The position numbers and the translations under genes were made by a program. Shown piece by piece: positions 54,314-64,000 of a stretch of DNA of 64,000 bases (the first letter of the stretch is position 1; every line of letters begins with the position of its first letter). The stretch covers positions 78,369-142,368 of the forward strand of contig DATGIZ010000014.1 of the NCBI GenBank assembly GCA_035295465.1, read 5' to 3'. Under the pieces are notes generated by a model that was not told the DNA's origin, searched no databases, and worked only from the letters and a program-made list of their open reading frames with translations. The stretch comes from Candidatus Binatia bacterium. Its GTDB lineage: Bacteria > Desulfobacterota > Binatia > DP-6.

Positions 54314-56704
54314 GTGACCGTGCACGGCGGCGAGCTCGACGCGAGCCGGCTGCGCGCGGTCTGCGAGCCCGCGACGCTCGGCTTCCGCTCCACCGCGGAG
54401 CTGCCCCTCCTCGACGGGATGATCGGCCAGGACCGGGCGCAGCGGGCGACCCGCTTCGGTATCGGCATGCGCGGCCCGGGCTACAACCTCTTCGTGCTCG
54501 GTCCGCCGGCGACCGGCAAGACCCGCACCATGCTACGCGTCCTCGCCCGGCAGGCGGAGCAGGAGCCCATCTCACCCGACTACTGCTACGTGCACAACTT
54601 CGCCGACGCCTACCGGCCGCGGGCCATCGAGCTGCCCCCGGGACGGGCGCGCGAGCTGCGCGCCGAGATGACCCGGCTCGTCGACGAGTGCCGGACGCGC
54701 CTTCCGCGCGCGTTCGAGAGCGAGGCGTTCGAGCACCAGAAGGCGCGCATCCTCGAAGAGCTCGGCCACCGCCAGCAGGGCGAGCTCGAGCGCCTCGAGG
54801 CTGAAGCCCGCGCCGTCGGCTTCACCGTCGTGCGCACGCCGGCGGGCTTCGCCGTGACCGCGGCGCCCCGCGGCCAGCCGCTCGGACCCGAGGAGTTCGC
54901 GGCGCTGCCCGAGGCCGAGCGCGAGCAGATCGCGGCGCGCGCGAAGCCGCTCGAGGAGAGCGTCGAAGCCACGGTACGGCGCCTGCGGGAGATCGAGCGC
55001 GAGGCGCGCCGGCGCCACGAGCTGCTCGTGCGGGACGTCGCCGCGTTCGCCACCCGCCAGCTGATCCAGGAGCTGCGCGAGCGCTTCGCGGGCCTCGCGG
55101 CCGTCACCGCCTACCTCGACGAGGTCGAGGAGGACCTGATCTCCCACGCCGAGGAGTTCCGCCACCTCCAGGAGGGGCCGCCGCTGCCCTTCCTCCCGCC
55201 GCCCGGCGCCTTTCTCGATCGCTATCGCGTCAACGTGCTCGTCGACCGCGGCGGCACGCAGGGCGCGCCGGTCGTCTACGAGCGGCACCCGAGCCACGGG
55301 AACCTCGTCGGCCGCATCGAGCACCGCGCGCACCTCGGCACGCTGGTCACGGACTTCACGCTGATCAAGGCGGGGGCGCTGCACCGGGCCAATGGGGGCT
55401 ACCTCATCCTCGAGGCGAAGGACGTGCTGCGCAACTTCGCCTCCTGGGAGGCGCTCAAGAAGGCGCTCAAGAGCCGCACGATCCGCATCGACGAGCCGTT
55501 CGAGGAGCTGCGGTTGGCGAACGTCGTGAGCCTCGCGCCGGAGCCGATCCCGCTCGCGCTCAAGGTGATTTTGATCGGGAACCCGCTCCTCTACTACCTG
55601 CTCTACGCGCTCGACGAGGACTTCCGCGAGCTGTTCAAGGTCAAGGTGGACTTCGACGATTCGCTGCCGCGGACGCCGGAGATCGAAGGGCTCTATGCAC
55701 GCTTCGTCGGCACCATCTGCCAGGAGGAGGGGCTGCGGCCCTTCGGCGCCGAGGCGGTCGCGAAGCTCATCGAGCACGGCGCGCGGCTGGTCGAGCACCA
55801 GGAGCGGCTCACCTCCCGCCTGGGCGAGCTGCTCGACCTGATCCGCGAAGCCGCGTTCTACGCGGCGGAGGCGGGGCAGCCGCTGGTGCGCGCCGAGGAC
55901 GTGCGCCGGGCCGTGGACGAGAAGATCGACCGCGCCAACCTGCTCGAGGAGCGCCTCGCCCGCGCGATCGCCGAGGGCGCGCTCGTGGTCGACACCGACG
56001 GCCAGCGGGTCGGTCAGGTGAACGGCATCGCCGTGGTCTCGCTCGGCGATCACGCCTTCGGGCGGCCCTCCCGCATCACCGCGCGCACGTTCAGCGGCGA
56101 GCCCGGCGTCCTCGACATCGAGCGGGAGGCGAAGCTGAGCGGCCCCGTCCATTCCAAGGGCGTCATGATCCTCACCGGCTTCCTCGCCGGGCGCTACGCG
56201 CGCCAGCGCCCGCTCGCGCTGTCGGCCTCCCTCGCCTTCGAGCAGCACTACGAGGAGATCGAGGGGGACAGCGCGTCGGCCGCGGAGCTCTGCGCGCTGC
56301 TCTCGAGCCTCGCCGGCATCCCGCTCACCCAGGCCCTGGCGATGACCGGCGCGGTCGACCAGCAGGGCGACGTCCAGGCGGTCGGGGGCGTCAACGCGAA
56401 GATCGAGGGGTTCTTCGACGTGTGCCGGGCGCGGGGGCTCACGGGCGTTCAGGGGGTGATCATCCCCACCGCGAACCTGCGTCACCTCATGCTGCGCGAG
56501 GACGTGGTCGAGGCCGTCCGCGCCGGGCGGTTCCACGTCCACGCCGTCGCCACGATCGACGAGGCGCTCGCGCTGCTCTCCGGCCGGCCCGCCGGCGCGC
56601 CCGGACCCGACGGCTCCTTCCCGCCCGGCAGCTTCAACGCGGCGGTCGAGCAGGCGCTGGCGAGCCACGCCGAGCTGCGCCGCCGGATGGCGAAGGGCGA
56701 CTAG
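54314..56704 (+). CDS. Lon-like ATP-dependent protease (LonB/COG1067-type: AAA+ module and C-terminal S16 Lon proteolytic domain)
   Basis: 796 aa; Walker A GPPATGKT; C-terminal Lon protease domain with catalytic Ser/Lys context (GDSASAAEL ... PTANLRHLML). Confidence 0.85.
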   Translation: MTVHGGELDASRLRAVCEPATLGFRSTAELPLLDGMIGQDRAQRATRFGIGMRGPGYNLFVLGPPATGKTRTMLRVLARQAEQEPISPDYCYVHNFADAYRPRAIELPPGRARELRAEMTRLVDECRTRLPRAFESEAFEHQKARILEELGHRQQGELERLEAEARAVGFTVVRTPAGFAVTAAPRGQPLGPEEFAALPEAEREQIAARAKPLEESVEATVRRLREIEREARRRHELLVRDVAAFATRQLIQELRERFAGLAAVTAYLDEVEEDLISHAEEFRHLQEGPPLPFLPPPGAFLDRYRVNVLVDRGGTQGAPVVYERHPSHGNLVGRIEHRAHLGTLVTDFTLIKAGALHRANGGYLILEAKDVLRNFASWEALKKALKSRTIRIDEPFEELRLANVVSLAPEPIPLALKVILIGNPLLYYLLYALDEDFRELFKVKVDFDDSLPRTPEIEGLYARFVGTICQEEGLRPFGAEAVAKLIEHGARLVEHQERLTSRLGELLDLIREAAFYAAEAGQPLVRAEDVRRAVDEKIDRANLLEERLARAIAEGALVVDTDGQRVGQVNGIAVVSLGDHAFGRPSRITARTFSGEPGVLDIEREAKLSGPVHSKGVMILTGFLAGRYARQRPLALSASLAFEQHYEEIEGDSASAAELCALLSSLAGIPLTQALAMTGAVDQQGDVQAVGGVNAKIEGFFDVCRARGLTGVQGVIIPTANLRHLMLREDVVEAVRAGRFHVHAVATIDEALALLSGRPAGAPGPDGSFPPGSFNAAVEQALASHAELRRRMAKGD

Positions 56705-56714
56705 AAGCGCCCCC

Positions 56715-58331
56715 CTACTCGATCGCAGCGGGCGCGGCCTCGGCCTTCGGCTCCGGCACCTCGGCGAGCGTCACCTCGGTCAGCAGCAGGACGCTGGCCA
56801 CGGACACGGCGTTCTCGAGCGCCAGGCGCACGACCTTGGTGGGATCGACGATGCCCGCTTCGACGAGGTCCACGTAGGCGCCGCGCGCGGCGTCGAAGCC
56901 GACGGCGCCGGTGCCGCCGCGCATGCGCTCGACCACCACGCCGCCGTCGGCGCCGGAGTTCTCCGCGATCTGCCGCGTGGGCGCCTCGAGCGCATGGCGC
57001 AGGATGCGCAGGCCCGTACGCTCGTCGCCCTCGCAGCCCGCTTCCTCCCGTGCGACGGCCTCGACCGCACGCAGCAGCGCGAGCCCCGCCCCCGGGACGA
57101 TGCCCTCGGCCACCGCGGCCTTGGTCGAGCTGATCGCGTCCTCGAGCGCCTCCTTGCGGCTCTTCATCTCGGCCTCCGACGGCGCCCCCACGCGGATCAC
57201 GGCCACCCCGCCGGCGAGCTTCGCGATGCGCTCCTGGAGCTTCTCGCGGTCGTAGTCGCTGGTCGTCTCCTTCGCCTGGCTGCGGAGCTGCTCGACGCGC
57301 GCCGCGATCGCCAGGCGGTCGCCGGCGCCGCCGATGATGGTGGTGGTGTCACGCGCGACCACGATCCGGCTCGCCCGTCCGAGCGCGCTCGGCTGGAGGT
57401 GCTCGAGGCGAATGCCCAGCTCCTCGGCGACGAGCTGTCCGCCGGTGAGGATCGCGATGTCCTCCAGCATCGCGCGGCGGCGGTCCCCGAAGCCCGGCGC
57501 TTTCACCGCCGCGCACGCGAGCGCCCCGCGGATCTTGTTGACCACGAGGGTCGCGAGCGCCTCTCCCTCGACGTCCTCGGCAACGACCAGCAGGGGCCGG
57601 CCCATCTTGGCGACCTGCTCGAGCACCGGCAGGAGGTGCTCCATCGTGCTGATGCGCTTCTCGTGGAGCAGGACGAGCGGCTCGGCGAGCACGCACTCCA
57701 TGCGGGCGGGATCCGTGACGAAGTAGGGCGAAATGTAGCCCCGGTCGAGCTGCATGCCCTCGACCACCTCGAGCGCCGTCTCGGTGGTCTTCGCCTCCTC
57801 GACCGAGATGACGCCCTCCCCGCCGACGCGCTCGACCGCGTCGGCGACCAGCTCCCCGATGGAGGCGTCGTTGTGCGCCGAGATGGTCGCGACCTGCGCC
57901 TTCTCGCGCCGGCTCTGCACGGGACGCGAGAGCCCCCGCAGCGCGGCCACCGCGACCCGTAGCCCGCGATCGAGGCCGCGCTTGAGGTCGACCGCGCTCG
58001 CGCCCGCCACCACGTTGCGCACTCCCTCGGCGAAGATCGCGTGCGCGAGGACGGTCGCGGTGGTCGTCCCGTCGCCCACCACCTCGCCCGTGCGCTCCGC
58101 GGCCTGGCGCAGCATGCGTGCGCCGAGGTTCTCCTCCGGATCCCGGAGGTCGACCTCCTTGGCGATCGTGACTCCGTCGTTGCAGACGAGCGGCGTCCCC
58201 CACTTGCGCTCGATCAGGACGCATTTGGACTTGGGACCGAGCGTCACCCGCACGGCGTCGGCCAGGGCCTGCGCCCCGCGCAGAACCTTCTCGCGCGCGG
58301 CGGATTCGAAGAGCAGCTGCTTGTGCGCCAT
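56715..58331 (-). CDS. groEL: chaperonin GroEL paralog (Cpn60), no adjacent groES
   Basis: 538 aa from MAHKQLLF; GroEL signature ([25 protein letters not shown]); lacks C-terminal GGM repeat tail. Confidence 0.9.
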   Translation of the reverse strand: MAHKQLLFESAAREKVLRGAQALADAVRVTLGPKSKCVLIERKWGTPLVCNDGVTIAKEVDLRDPEENLGARMLRQAAERTGEVVGDGTTTATVLAHAIFAEGVRNVVAGASAVDLKRGLDRGLRVAVAALRGLSRPVQSRREKAQVATISAHNDASIGELVADAVERVGGEGVISVEEAKTTETALEVVEGMQLDRGYISPYFVTDPARMECVLAEPLVLLHEKRISTMEHLLPVLEQVAKMGRPLLVVAEDVEGEALATLVVNKIRGALACAAVKAPGFGDRRRAMLEDIAILTGGQLVAEELGIRLEHLQPSALGRASRIVVARDTTTIIGGAGDRLAIAARVEQLRSQAKETTSDYDREKLQERIAKLAGGVAVIRVGAPSEAEMKSRKEALEDAISSTKAAVAEGIVPGAGLALLRAVEAVAREEAGCEGDERTGLRILRHALEAPTRQIAENSGADGGVVVERMRGGTGAVGFDAARGAYVDLVEAGIVDPTKVVRLALENAVSVASVLLLTEVTLAEVPEPKAEAAPAAIE

Positions 58332-58528
58332 CGCAAAGCCCCCTTCGCCACGAGCGAGCGCCATGCCACCGCGGCCGCCCCGGGGTTGGCTCGGCACCGT
58401 CCCGCGTGCGCCAACCGGAGCGCAAAGCGATTCCCGGGTCTGCGAAGCGGCCGCGGTCGCGCGGACGGTCCGCCGGCGCCGGCGCTGGCAGCCCTCTTGC
58501 TTCATGAATGGGTCGCCTGGAGGAAGCG

Positions 58529-59077
58529 ATGGAGGTCCCGCTCGAGGTCCGGTTCCGCAACATGGCGCCGTCGCCCGCCCTCGAGGCGGCCATCCGGGAG
58601 CGTGCGCAGAAGCTGGAGGAGTTCTGCGACCGCATCACCGGCTGCCGGGTCGTGGTCGAGGCTCCGCACCGCCGCCATCATCAGGGCAACCTCTACCACC
58701 TGCGCATCGATCTCACGGTGCCGGGGCGGGAGATCGTGGTCCGCCGTGACCCGCCCGAGGATCGCACGCACGAGGACGTGTACGTGGTCGTCCGCGACGC
58801 CTTCGACGCCGTGCGCCGCCAGCTCGAAGACCACGTGCGCCGCCAGCGCGGGGACGTCAAGAGCCACACGGGGCCGCCGCACGGCCGGATCGTGCGGCTG
58901 CTGCCGGAGAAGGGCTACGGGTTCATCCGCGCGGCCGACGGGCGGGAGATCTACTTCCACGCCCACGCGGTCGTCGGCGAGACCATCGATCGGCTCGCGG
59001 TCGGCGCGGAGGTCGCGTTCGTCGAGGAGCTCGGCGAGAAGGGTCCGCAGGCGAGCACGGTGCGGCTCGTCCGATGA
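58529..59077 (+). CDS. ribosome hibernation factor (HPF/RaiA/YfiA) fused to a C-terminal cold-shock domain
   Basis: 183 aa from second ATG (GGAGG RBS); N-terminal HPF fold ([28 protein letters not shown]...VVVEAP...[12 protein letters not shown]), C-terminal CSD ([26 protein letters not shown]). Confidence 0.8.
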   Translation: MEVPLEVRFRNMAPSPALEAAIRERAQKLEEFCDRITGCRVVVEAPHRRHHQGNLYHLRIDLTVPGREIVVRRDPPEDRTHEDVYVVVRDAFDAVRRQLEDHVRRQRGDVKSHTGPPHGRIVRLLPEKGYGFIRAADGREIYFHAHAVVGETIDRLAVGAEVAFVEELGEKGPQASTVRLVR

Positions 59078-59084
59078 GCCCGCG

Positions 59085-59915
59085 CTAGTCGACGCCCCCC
59101 GGCTCGACGCCGAGCGCCCGCAGCCGCCGCCGCGCCCGCGCCCGCAGCGCACGCACGGCGGCGTGGGCGGCGTCGCGCAGGCGGTCGCGGTCGGCGAGCG
59201 CGAGCCCCTCGACCGCGATGGGCGTCCCGACCTCGAGCACGGCGGGGCCGCGCCGGAGCCGCATCGTGAGCGGCCGCCAGATGCGCCGCGTGCCCGCCGT
59301 GCCGACCGGCAGCACGGGGAGCCCCCAGGAGATCGCGGTGACGAAGGCGCCCTTCTTGAAGGGGTGGAGCGCGCCGTCGCGCGACCGCGTCCCCTCGGCG
59401 TAGAAGATCATCGAGACGTCGGACGGGCGGCGCGCCATCTCGGCGCGGATGCGCGCGACGTCGCCTTCGGTGTCCGCGCGGACGACGCGCACGTTGCCGG
59501 TGCGCAGCAGCGCGCGACCGAAGACGGGGATGGCGATGATCTGCCGCTTCACCACCCAGCGCAGCGGCAGCGGCGCGAGCCCGGCGGTCAGCACCACCGG
59601 GTCCCAGGAGCTCTCGTGGTTGGCGACCACGACGTAGGCTCGGCCCGGCTCGACGTGCTCGAGGCCGTGCGTCACCAGCCGCGTGCCGGCCATGCGCACG
59701 CAGAGCCGCGCGTAGCCGACATAGACACGATCGATCCACCGGCGCGGCGCCCCGACGAGCGCCAGCACCATCGCCCACAGGCTCGCGAGGGCGAGCACGA
59801 CCGGCAGCACGAGCAGCGCGCAGCCCGTGCGCAGGACGCCGTCGAGGCGCTCCGCGGCCGACGGCGGCAGGCCCCCGGCATCGGCCGCGATCGTGCTGGT
59901 CGGGGGCTCCGCCAT
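59085..59915 (-). CDS. plsC: 1-acyl-sn-glycerol-3-phosphate acyltransferase
   Basis: 276 aa; acyltransferase motifs I (VVANHESSWD) and III (FYAEGTRS); N-terminal TM helix. Confidence 0.85.
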   Translation of the reverse strand: MAEPPTSTIAADAGGLPPSAAERLDGVLRTGCALLVLPVVLALASLWAMVLALVGAPRRWIDRVYVGYARLCVRMAGTRLVTHGLEHVEPGRAYVVVANHESSWDPVVLTAGLAPLPLRWVVKRQIIAIPVFGRALLRTGNVRVVRADTEGDVARIRAEMARRPSDVSMIFYAEGTRSRDGALHPFKKGAFVTAISWGLPVLPVGTAGTRRIWRPLTMRLRRGPAVLEVGTPIAVEGLALADRDRLRDAAHAAVRALRARARRRLRALGVEPGGVD

Positions 59916-59925
59916 CGCGCCGCGG

Positions 59926-60153
59926 CTACGACCGTTCCTGCGGATCGGGGATGTAGCCGAGGACGATCGCCCAGCTCGGATGCCCGTGCTCGCAGGCGTC
60001 GTCGTTGGCCTCGATCCAGCAGCCGTCGGTCGCCGCGCAGCGCCCGTCGTCGAGCCACTGCGTGACGGTCTCGGCCGTCGGGGGATCCGTCGTCGGCTCG
60101 GGCCAGCGGGGATGCTCGGGAACGGTGGGGCGCACGATCCTTCTCCCTGTCAT
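59926..60153 (-). CDS. hypothetical small Cys/His-containing protein
   Basis: 75 aa ORF ending 10 nt upstream of plsC; CAATDGCW...DACEHGHP may be a small metal-binding motif. Confidence 0.35.
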   Translation of the reverse strand: MTGRRIVRPTVPEHPRWPEPTTDPPTAETVTQWLDDGRCAATDGCWIEANDDACEHGHPSWAIVLGYIPDPQERS

Positions 60154-60455
60154 GGGCTCCCTCCTGCCAAGATATCGCGCCCGCGGGCGGCGGCATATCC
60201 CCCCGCGGCGTGCAAGACGGCCGCCACGGTCAGGCGCGGGACGCTGGCCCCGGCCGCGGCTTCGGCGGCGCCGGGGGCGGGATCGGCGGCGGCGGGCGCG
60301 GCTGCGGGTTCTCGGGGTGCCCGGCGGCAGGCGTCACCCGGGCAAGATAAGCAGTCGCGCCGTCGGGCGCCAGAAGCGGTTCGCGACGCTGCGAGCGGCA
60401 AGGGCAATCCTTCGCGCGGGTGACAAGAACCGGCCGGCCGCATCCGCCGGCACCC

Positions 60456-60471
60456 TGGCACGCGCGGTGCA
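60456..60471 (+). promoter_or_regulatory. candidate sigma-54 (-24/-12) promoter upstream of CBS gene
   Basis: TGGCACG-cgcg-GTGCA matches TGGCACG-N4-TTGCA at all but one position; about 27 nt before ATG 60498. Confidence 0.3.
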
Positions 60472-60497
60472 CGATGGCCGGCGGAGGAGCCAGGAGC

Positions 60498-60986
60498 ATG
60501 AAGGTCGAGCAGCTGATGACCCGGACGGTACGGACCTGCGGGCCCGACGACAGCCTCAACACCGCCGCGCAGATCATGTGGGAGCAGGACTGCGGCTGCG
60601 TGCCGGTGGTGCGGCGCGGCGACGGGGGCCTCGAGGTCGTCGGCATGATCACCGATCGCGACGTCTGCATGGCGGCGTACATCCAGGGAGGTTGCCTGCG
60701 CGACTTGCGGGTGCGCAGCGCGATGTCGGGGCGCGTGTGCGCCTGCGGCGCGCAGGAGCCGGTCGACGTCGCCCTCAAGATCATGCAGACCAACCGCCTC
60801 CGGCGCCTGCCGGTCCTCGACGCCCACGGGCAACTCGTCGGCGTGATCTCGCTCACCGACATCGCCCGCGAGTCCCGGCGTGAGGAAGGCGCACGGAAGC
60901 GGGAGGTGCGCGTCCAGGACGTCGGTGCCGCCCTCGAGGCGATCTGCGCCCCGCGCGCGCCGACCGCGCTGATGACCGCCGCCTGA
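60498..60986 (+). CDS. CBS domain-pair protein
   Basis: 162 aa from MKVEQLMTRTVRTCGPDDS (RBS AGGAG); two CBS motifs (VVGMITDRDV; LVGVISLTDI). Confidence 0.8.
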   Translation: MKVEQLMTRTVRTCGPDDSLNTAAQIMWEQDCGCVPVVRRGDGGLEVVGMITDRDVCMAAYIQGGCLRDLRVRSAMSGRVCACGAQEPVDVALKIMQTNRLRRLPVLDAHGQLVGVISLTDIARESRREEGARKREVRVQDVGAALEAICAPRAPTALMTAA

Positions 60987-61178
60987 CCGAGGGGGAGCAC
61001 CGCGGCGACCTCGCGGCTTCCGGCACGCAGCAGCAGGCGGCGGTCGGCGGCGCGGTGCGCGATGCCGCGAAACCGGGCAGCGGGCTGCCGTGCCGGAGGC
61101 AGCGCGTGGGCTCGACGTCGCCGACCGCGGGCCGCGCGGGGAGGCGGCCCCTGGCCGGCCTCTTGCTCTCGTGCGCAG

Positions 61179-62222
61179 ATGATCGCGGTGGGACGGCACG
61201 CGGGAGCGCTCTGGCCGGACGCCCTCCGCCGGCACAGGGCAACCCGCGGGATCGTGCGGGGGCGGGACACTGCAGCGGCAGCCGCGGCACGGCGCGTCGG
61301 GGCCGTCGACGCGTGCCGCGGCGTCGCCGTGCTCGGCATGCTGCTCGCCAACCTGGTCAACGTGTTCTTCCACGAGGTGCCGCCGCCACTCGCGCACAAC
61401 CAAGGCGACACGCTACGCCTCTTCGACTTCCCCGCCCCGATCTTCCAGTTCCTGGTGGGCGTGTCGCTCGTGCTCTTCCTGCGCAACCGCATGCACGCCG
61501 GGCGCAGCCGCGCCGAGGCCCGCCGCGACGCCCTCGGCCGGTTCGTCCGCCTGATCGGCCTCGGCATGGTGCTCGACGGCATCGGCGCGCTCAGCATCGT
61601 GCCCCGCTGGGGCGTGCTGCAGACGCTCGGGCTCGGGGGCATCGTCGCGACCCTGCTCGACGCAGCGCCTACCGAGGGGACCACGGGCCTCGGCGTCGCC
61701 CTGCTCGGCATCTTCTCGGGCCCCGGCAACGGCATCGTGCACGGGAGCCCGCCCGCCGCGCTGGCGTTCGTCCCCCTCACGCTGGCGGGAGCCTTCGCGG
61801 GCGAGGTGCTGGTCGCGACCGACTCGGCGGCACGGCTCGCCCGACGCGCGTGTGCGCTCGCCGCGATCGCGCTCGCCGCGGCCTGCATGCTCTTCGCCGC
61901 GGGCGTCCCCTTCAACAAGATGACCGGGACGAGCAGCTTCGTCGCGCTCGCGGTCGCGGTGGCCGCCGCGCTGCTCGCCGCGGTCGCGGCGGCCGAGAAC
62001 GCGGGCGTCGGCTTTCCCGCGTGGCTCCTCGCCGTCGGCCGCAACGCGCTCACCGCCTGGGTGCTGCTCCACGTCCTCGTCTACTACCCCGCTTGGCTCG
62101 TGTTCCCGAGCTGGGAGCGGCTCGGCGCGCTGCCGGGCATGCTCGCCGCGCTGCTCACTACGGCGGCGCTGGCCGCTTTCACGATCGCGCTCGCCCGCCG
62201 CGGGCTGCGCGTCGCGCTGTGA
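61179..62222 (+). CDS. DUF1624/acyltransferase-3-like integral membrane protein (HGSNAT-like)
   Basis: about 347 aa, 9-10 TM; N-terminal RVGAVDACRGVAVLGMLLANL motif; start uncertain (ORF extends to 61062). Confidence 0.6.
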   Translation: MIAVGRHAGALWPDALRRHRATRGIVRGRDTAAAAAARRVGAVDACRGVAVLGMLLANLVNVFFHEVPPPLAHNQGDTLRLFDFPAPIFQFLVGVSLVLFLRNRMHAGRSRAEARRDALGRFVRLIGLGMVLDGIGALSIVPRWGVLQTLGLGGIVATLLDAAPTEGTTGLGVALLGIFSGPGNGIVHGSPPAALAFVPLTLAGAFAGEVLVATDSAARLARRACALAAIALAAACMLFAAGVPFNKMTGTSSFVALAVAVAAALLAAVAAAENAGVGFPAWLLAVGRNALTAWVLLHVLVYYPAWLVFPSWERLGALPGMLAALLTTAALAAFTIALARRGLRVAL

Positions 62223-62234
62223 CCGCGGTCCCGA

Positions 62235-63971
62235 TCAGAAGCGCATCGAGTCCAGGAACTCGAGGTTGACGACGCCGAGGACCGTGCACGCCTCCGAGCC
62301 CGCGGGGACGTCGACGGCGAGCGTGCCACGCACGCCGAGCGCGGTCGCCAGCGCGGCCTGCGCCCCCGACGTCGCGCCCTGCGCCCCGCCGGCGGTGAAG
62401 AAGCTCACCAGCAGCGTGCCCGACGCGGTCGCGGCGTCGGGCGCGAAGGCGAACGAGCCGGCGTCCGAGTCGAGGAACACGCGGCCGCCGTCGTTCGGGA
62501 CGCCGACGACGGCGCAGGGCGTGAGGTCGGCCAGCGAGGGGGCGCCCGAGGCCGCCTGCTGCGGGGAGATCTTGTAGATCGAGAGCAGGCTGCTCACGGC
62601 GCCGTCCGCGACCGTGACGTAGAGCACGCTGCCGTCGGAATGGACCTGGAAGAAGTCGGTGATGTCCGGGGACAGCGGCAGGGGGGACGGCCAGGCGCGG
62701 TAGACGCCTCCGCCGGTGGTGAAGCCGCCGTCGAAGTCGGCATACACGATCGGCCCATTGCGGGTGGTGGCCACCTCGAGGTCGTTGGCCGGATCGAGGT
62801 CGTCGTTGCACTGGTCGAGGCCCTCGACCGAGTCGAGCTGTTCGAGCAGCGTCGTGGCCGCGCCCGTCGCGCGGTTTACCGCGACGAGGTTCTCCTGCGC
62901 GGTGCGGAAGCAGCGCGCCGGCAGGTTCACGTCGTGGTATTCGGAGAGGTAGACGCTCCCACCGGGGAGGCGGTCACAGGCGATGTGCATCGTGCAGGAC
63001 GTCGTGCGGTAGAGGATCGAGGCGCCGGCGCGCGCCCCGCCCGGCGTGAGCGAGAGCGCCAGCACCCCGACGGTGCGGTTCGCGCTCGTGTTGTCGGTGA
63101 AGACGTCGTCGGAGAGCAGGTAGAGGTTCTGGCCGTCGCTGCACAGATCGACCGGATCGAACGTGGCGCCGCCGCCCGGCAGACAGGCTCCGCTCGCGCA
63201 GTCTCCCGCGACGATGCAGGGATCGCCGGTGCCCTGGCAGAGCCCGACCGTGTTGTCGATGGCGAAGCGCGTGCCGTCGGGCGCGATGCCCTGCGGCGCG
63301 CCGAGCAGGCTCAGGTAGAAGAGATTGCTCGCCGCCAGCGTGGGGCCGGTCCCGGGGGCGGCGCCGCCGAAGCCGTGCGCGTAGACCTCGATCACGGGCA
63401 CGTTGCTCGCCGAGGCGACGGCGGTGAGCGTCGCCGACTGATGCCCGGGGGCCTGCGGTGCGAAGGTCACCGTCACGGTCTGTTGCTCGCCGGGGCCCAG
63501 GTCGAGGGCGGTGGGGGACACGGCGAACGCGGCGGCATCGCTCGCGAGGTCGACCTTGAGCTGCGCGGTGGGCGTCGTGTCGAGGTTGTGCACGACGAAC
63601 GTGCGCGTCGCCGAGCCGCCGGGGGCGACGGCGCCCAGCTCGAGCGCCTGATCGGCGTCGAGGCGGATCACGCCGGGCGTGCGGCCCGGGTCGAGCGCGG
63701 GCGTGGCGTAGAGCATCGTCTGCCCGACCCCCGAGAGCTGGCCGTCGCTGACCGTGAGCCGCACCGCCACCGGTCCCGTGCCGCCCGCGTAGACGTGCGT
63801 GACCTGCGCTCCGGCGGCCGTGGTCCCGTCGCCGAAGTCCCACGCGTACGTGAGCGCGTCCTGATCGGGATCGGTGCTGCGCGAGCCGTCGAACGCCATG
63901 GGAACGCCGGGGAGCACGACGTCGCCGCTCGCCACCAGCTCGGCGACCGGCGGACGATCGGGCTCCTCCAC
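62235..63971 (-). CDS. secreted PKD-domain protein
   Basis: 578 aa ORF; N-terminal PKD domain (FDGSRSTDPDQDALTYAWDFGDGTTAAGAQVTHVY); Cys-rich C-terminal region; true start could lie beyond the ORF M. Confidence 0.65.
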   Translation of the reverse strand: MEEPDRPPVAELVASGDVVLPGVPMAFDGSRSTDPDQDALTYAWDFGDGTTAAGAQVTHVYAGGTGPVAVRLTVSDGQLSGVGQTMLYATPALDPGRTPGVIRLDADQALELGAVAPGGSATRTFVVHNLDTTPTAQLKVDLASDAAAFAVSPTALDLGPGEQQTVTVTFAPQAPGHQSATLTAVASASNVPVIEVYAHGFGGAAPGTGPTLAASNLFYLSLLGAPQGIAPDGTRFAIDNTVGLCQGTGDPCIVAGDCASGACLPGGGATFDPVDLCSDGQNLYLLSDDVFTDNTSANRTVGVLALSLTPGGARAGASILYRTTSCTMHIACDRLPGGSVYLSEYHDVNLPARCFRTAQENLVAVNRATGAATTLLEQLDSVEGLDQCNDDLDPANDLEVATTRNGPIVYADFDGGFTTGGGVYRAWPSPLPLSPDITDFFQVHSDGSVLYVTVADGAVSSLLSIYKISPQQAASGAPSLADLTPCAVVGVPNDGGRVFLDSDAGSFAFAPDAATASGTLLVSFFTAGGAQGATSGAQAALATALGVRGTLAVDVPAGSEACTVLGVVNLEFLDSMRF

Positions 63972-64000
63972 GGTCCGGAATCGGACACGGTCGAGGTCGT

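Noticed and set aside
53911-54804. 297-aa + strand ORF overlapping the Lon-like gene start
   Set aside because: Out of frame with the Lon-like protease, whose Walker A and domain structure are evident; Arg/Pro-rich composition.
60150-62053. Long minus-strand ORFs (417 aa and 607 aa)
   Set aside because: Antisense to the CBS-pair and DUF1624-like genes; no motifs, Ala/Arg/Pro-rich.
1-64000. Search for CRISPR arrays, tRNA/rRNA genes, IS elements or integrases
   Set aside because: No regularly spaced direct repeats, no cloverleaf-like intergenic segments of adequate length, and no transposase/integrase-like ORFs were seen; intergenic space is very limited.

Overview
This is a very GC-rich (about 72-74%) bacterial chromosomal window. 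Its gene content resembles Myxococcota or Anaeromyxobacter-like deltaproteobacteria, but that placement is inference only. The window is dominated by respiratory and electron-transfer genes.

Main content, in order:
- caa3-type cytochrome c oxidase genes ctaD-ctaE-ctaF, the start of the window lying in or just after ctaC.
- A Bacillus-type succinate:quinone oxidoreductase, sdhCAB.
- A minus-strand, translationally coupled sugar-phosphate operon: gnd-like, ROK glucokinase, HAD hydrolase, tal, pgi, and a small secreted protein.
- A 934-aa MtrC/OmcA-like decaheme c-type cytochrome lying 13 nt upstream of a group-1 membrane-bound [NiFe] uptake hydrogenase operon (hyaABCD plus hypFCDE, a crotonase insert, hypAB).
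- A pair of paralogous monoheme cytochromes c bracketing a cytochrome island.
- An ImcH-like seven-heme inner-membrane cytochrome.
- The most notable feature: an eight-gene, tightly overlapping minus-strand operon (32986-41694). It encodes two periplasmic multiheme cytochromes (11 and 10 hemes, the latter MtrA/DmsE-like), a 655-aa putative outer-membrane beta-barrel, a Rieske Fe-S protein, a bc-type cytochrome b, two C-terminally anchored paired-CXXCH multiheme cytochromes (9 and 11 hemes), and an FdnI/HydC-like dihaem cytochrome b. This looks like a porin-cytochrome conduit genetically fused to a Rieske/cytochrome b quinol oxidoreductase and a split CbcL-like module.

Downstream genes:
- Tandem cupredoxin-like proteins, a FAD oxidoreductase, and a two-component pair.
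- An acyl-CoA ligase, a GNAT acetyltransferase, and a FadL transporter.
- A Pcm-erythromycin-esterase-like fusion, a tandem UspA protein, a Lon-like protease, and an orphan groEL.
- An HPF-cold-shock-domain fusion, plsC, a CBS-pair protein, a DUF1624-like membrane protein, and a PKD-domain secreted protein.

No rRNA, tRNA, CRISPR or mobile elements were seen. Many long ORFs in the track are GC-frame artefacts antisense to or out of frame with real genes. Gene starts were refined by hand, and coordinates may be off by about 1 nt.
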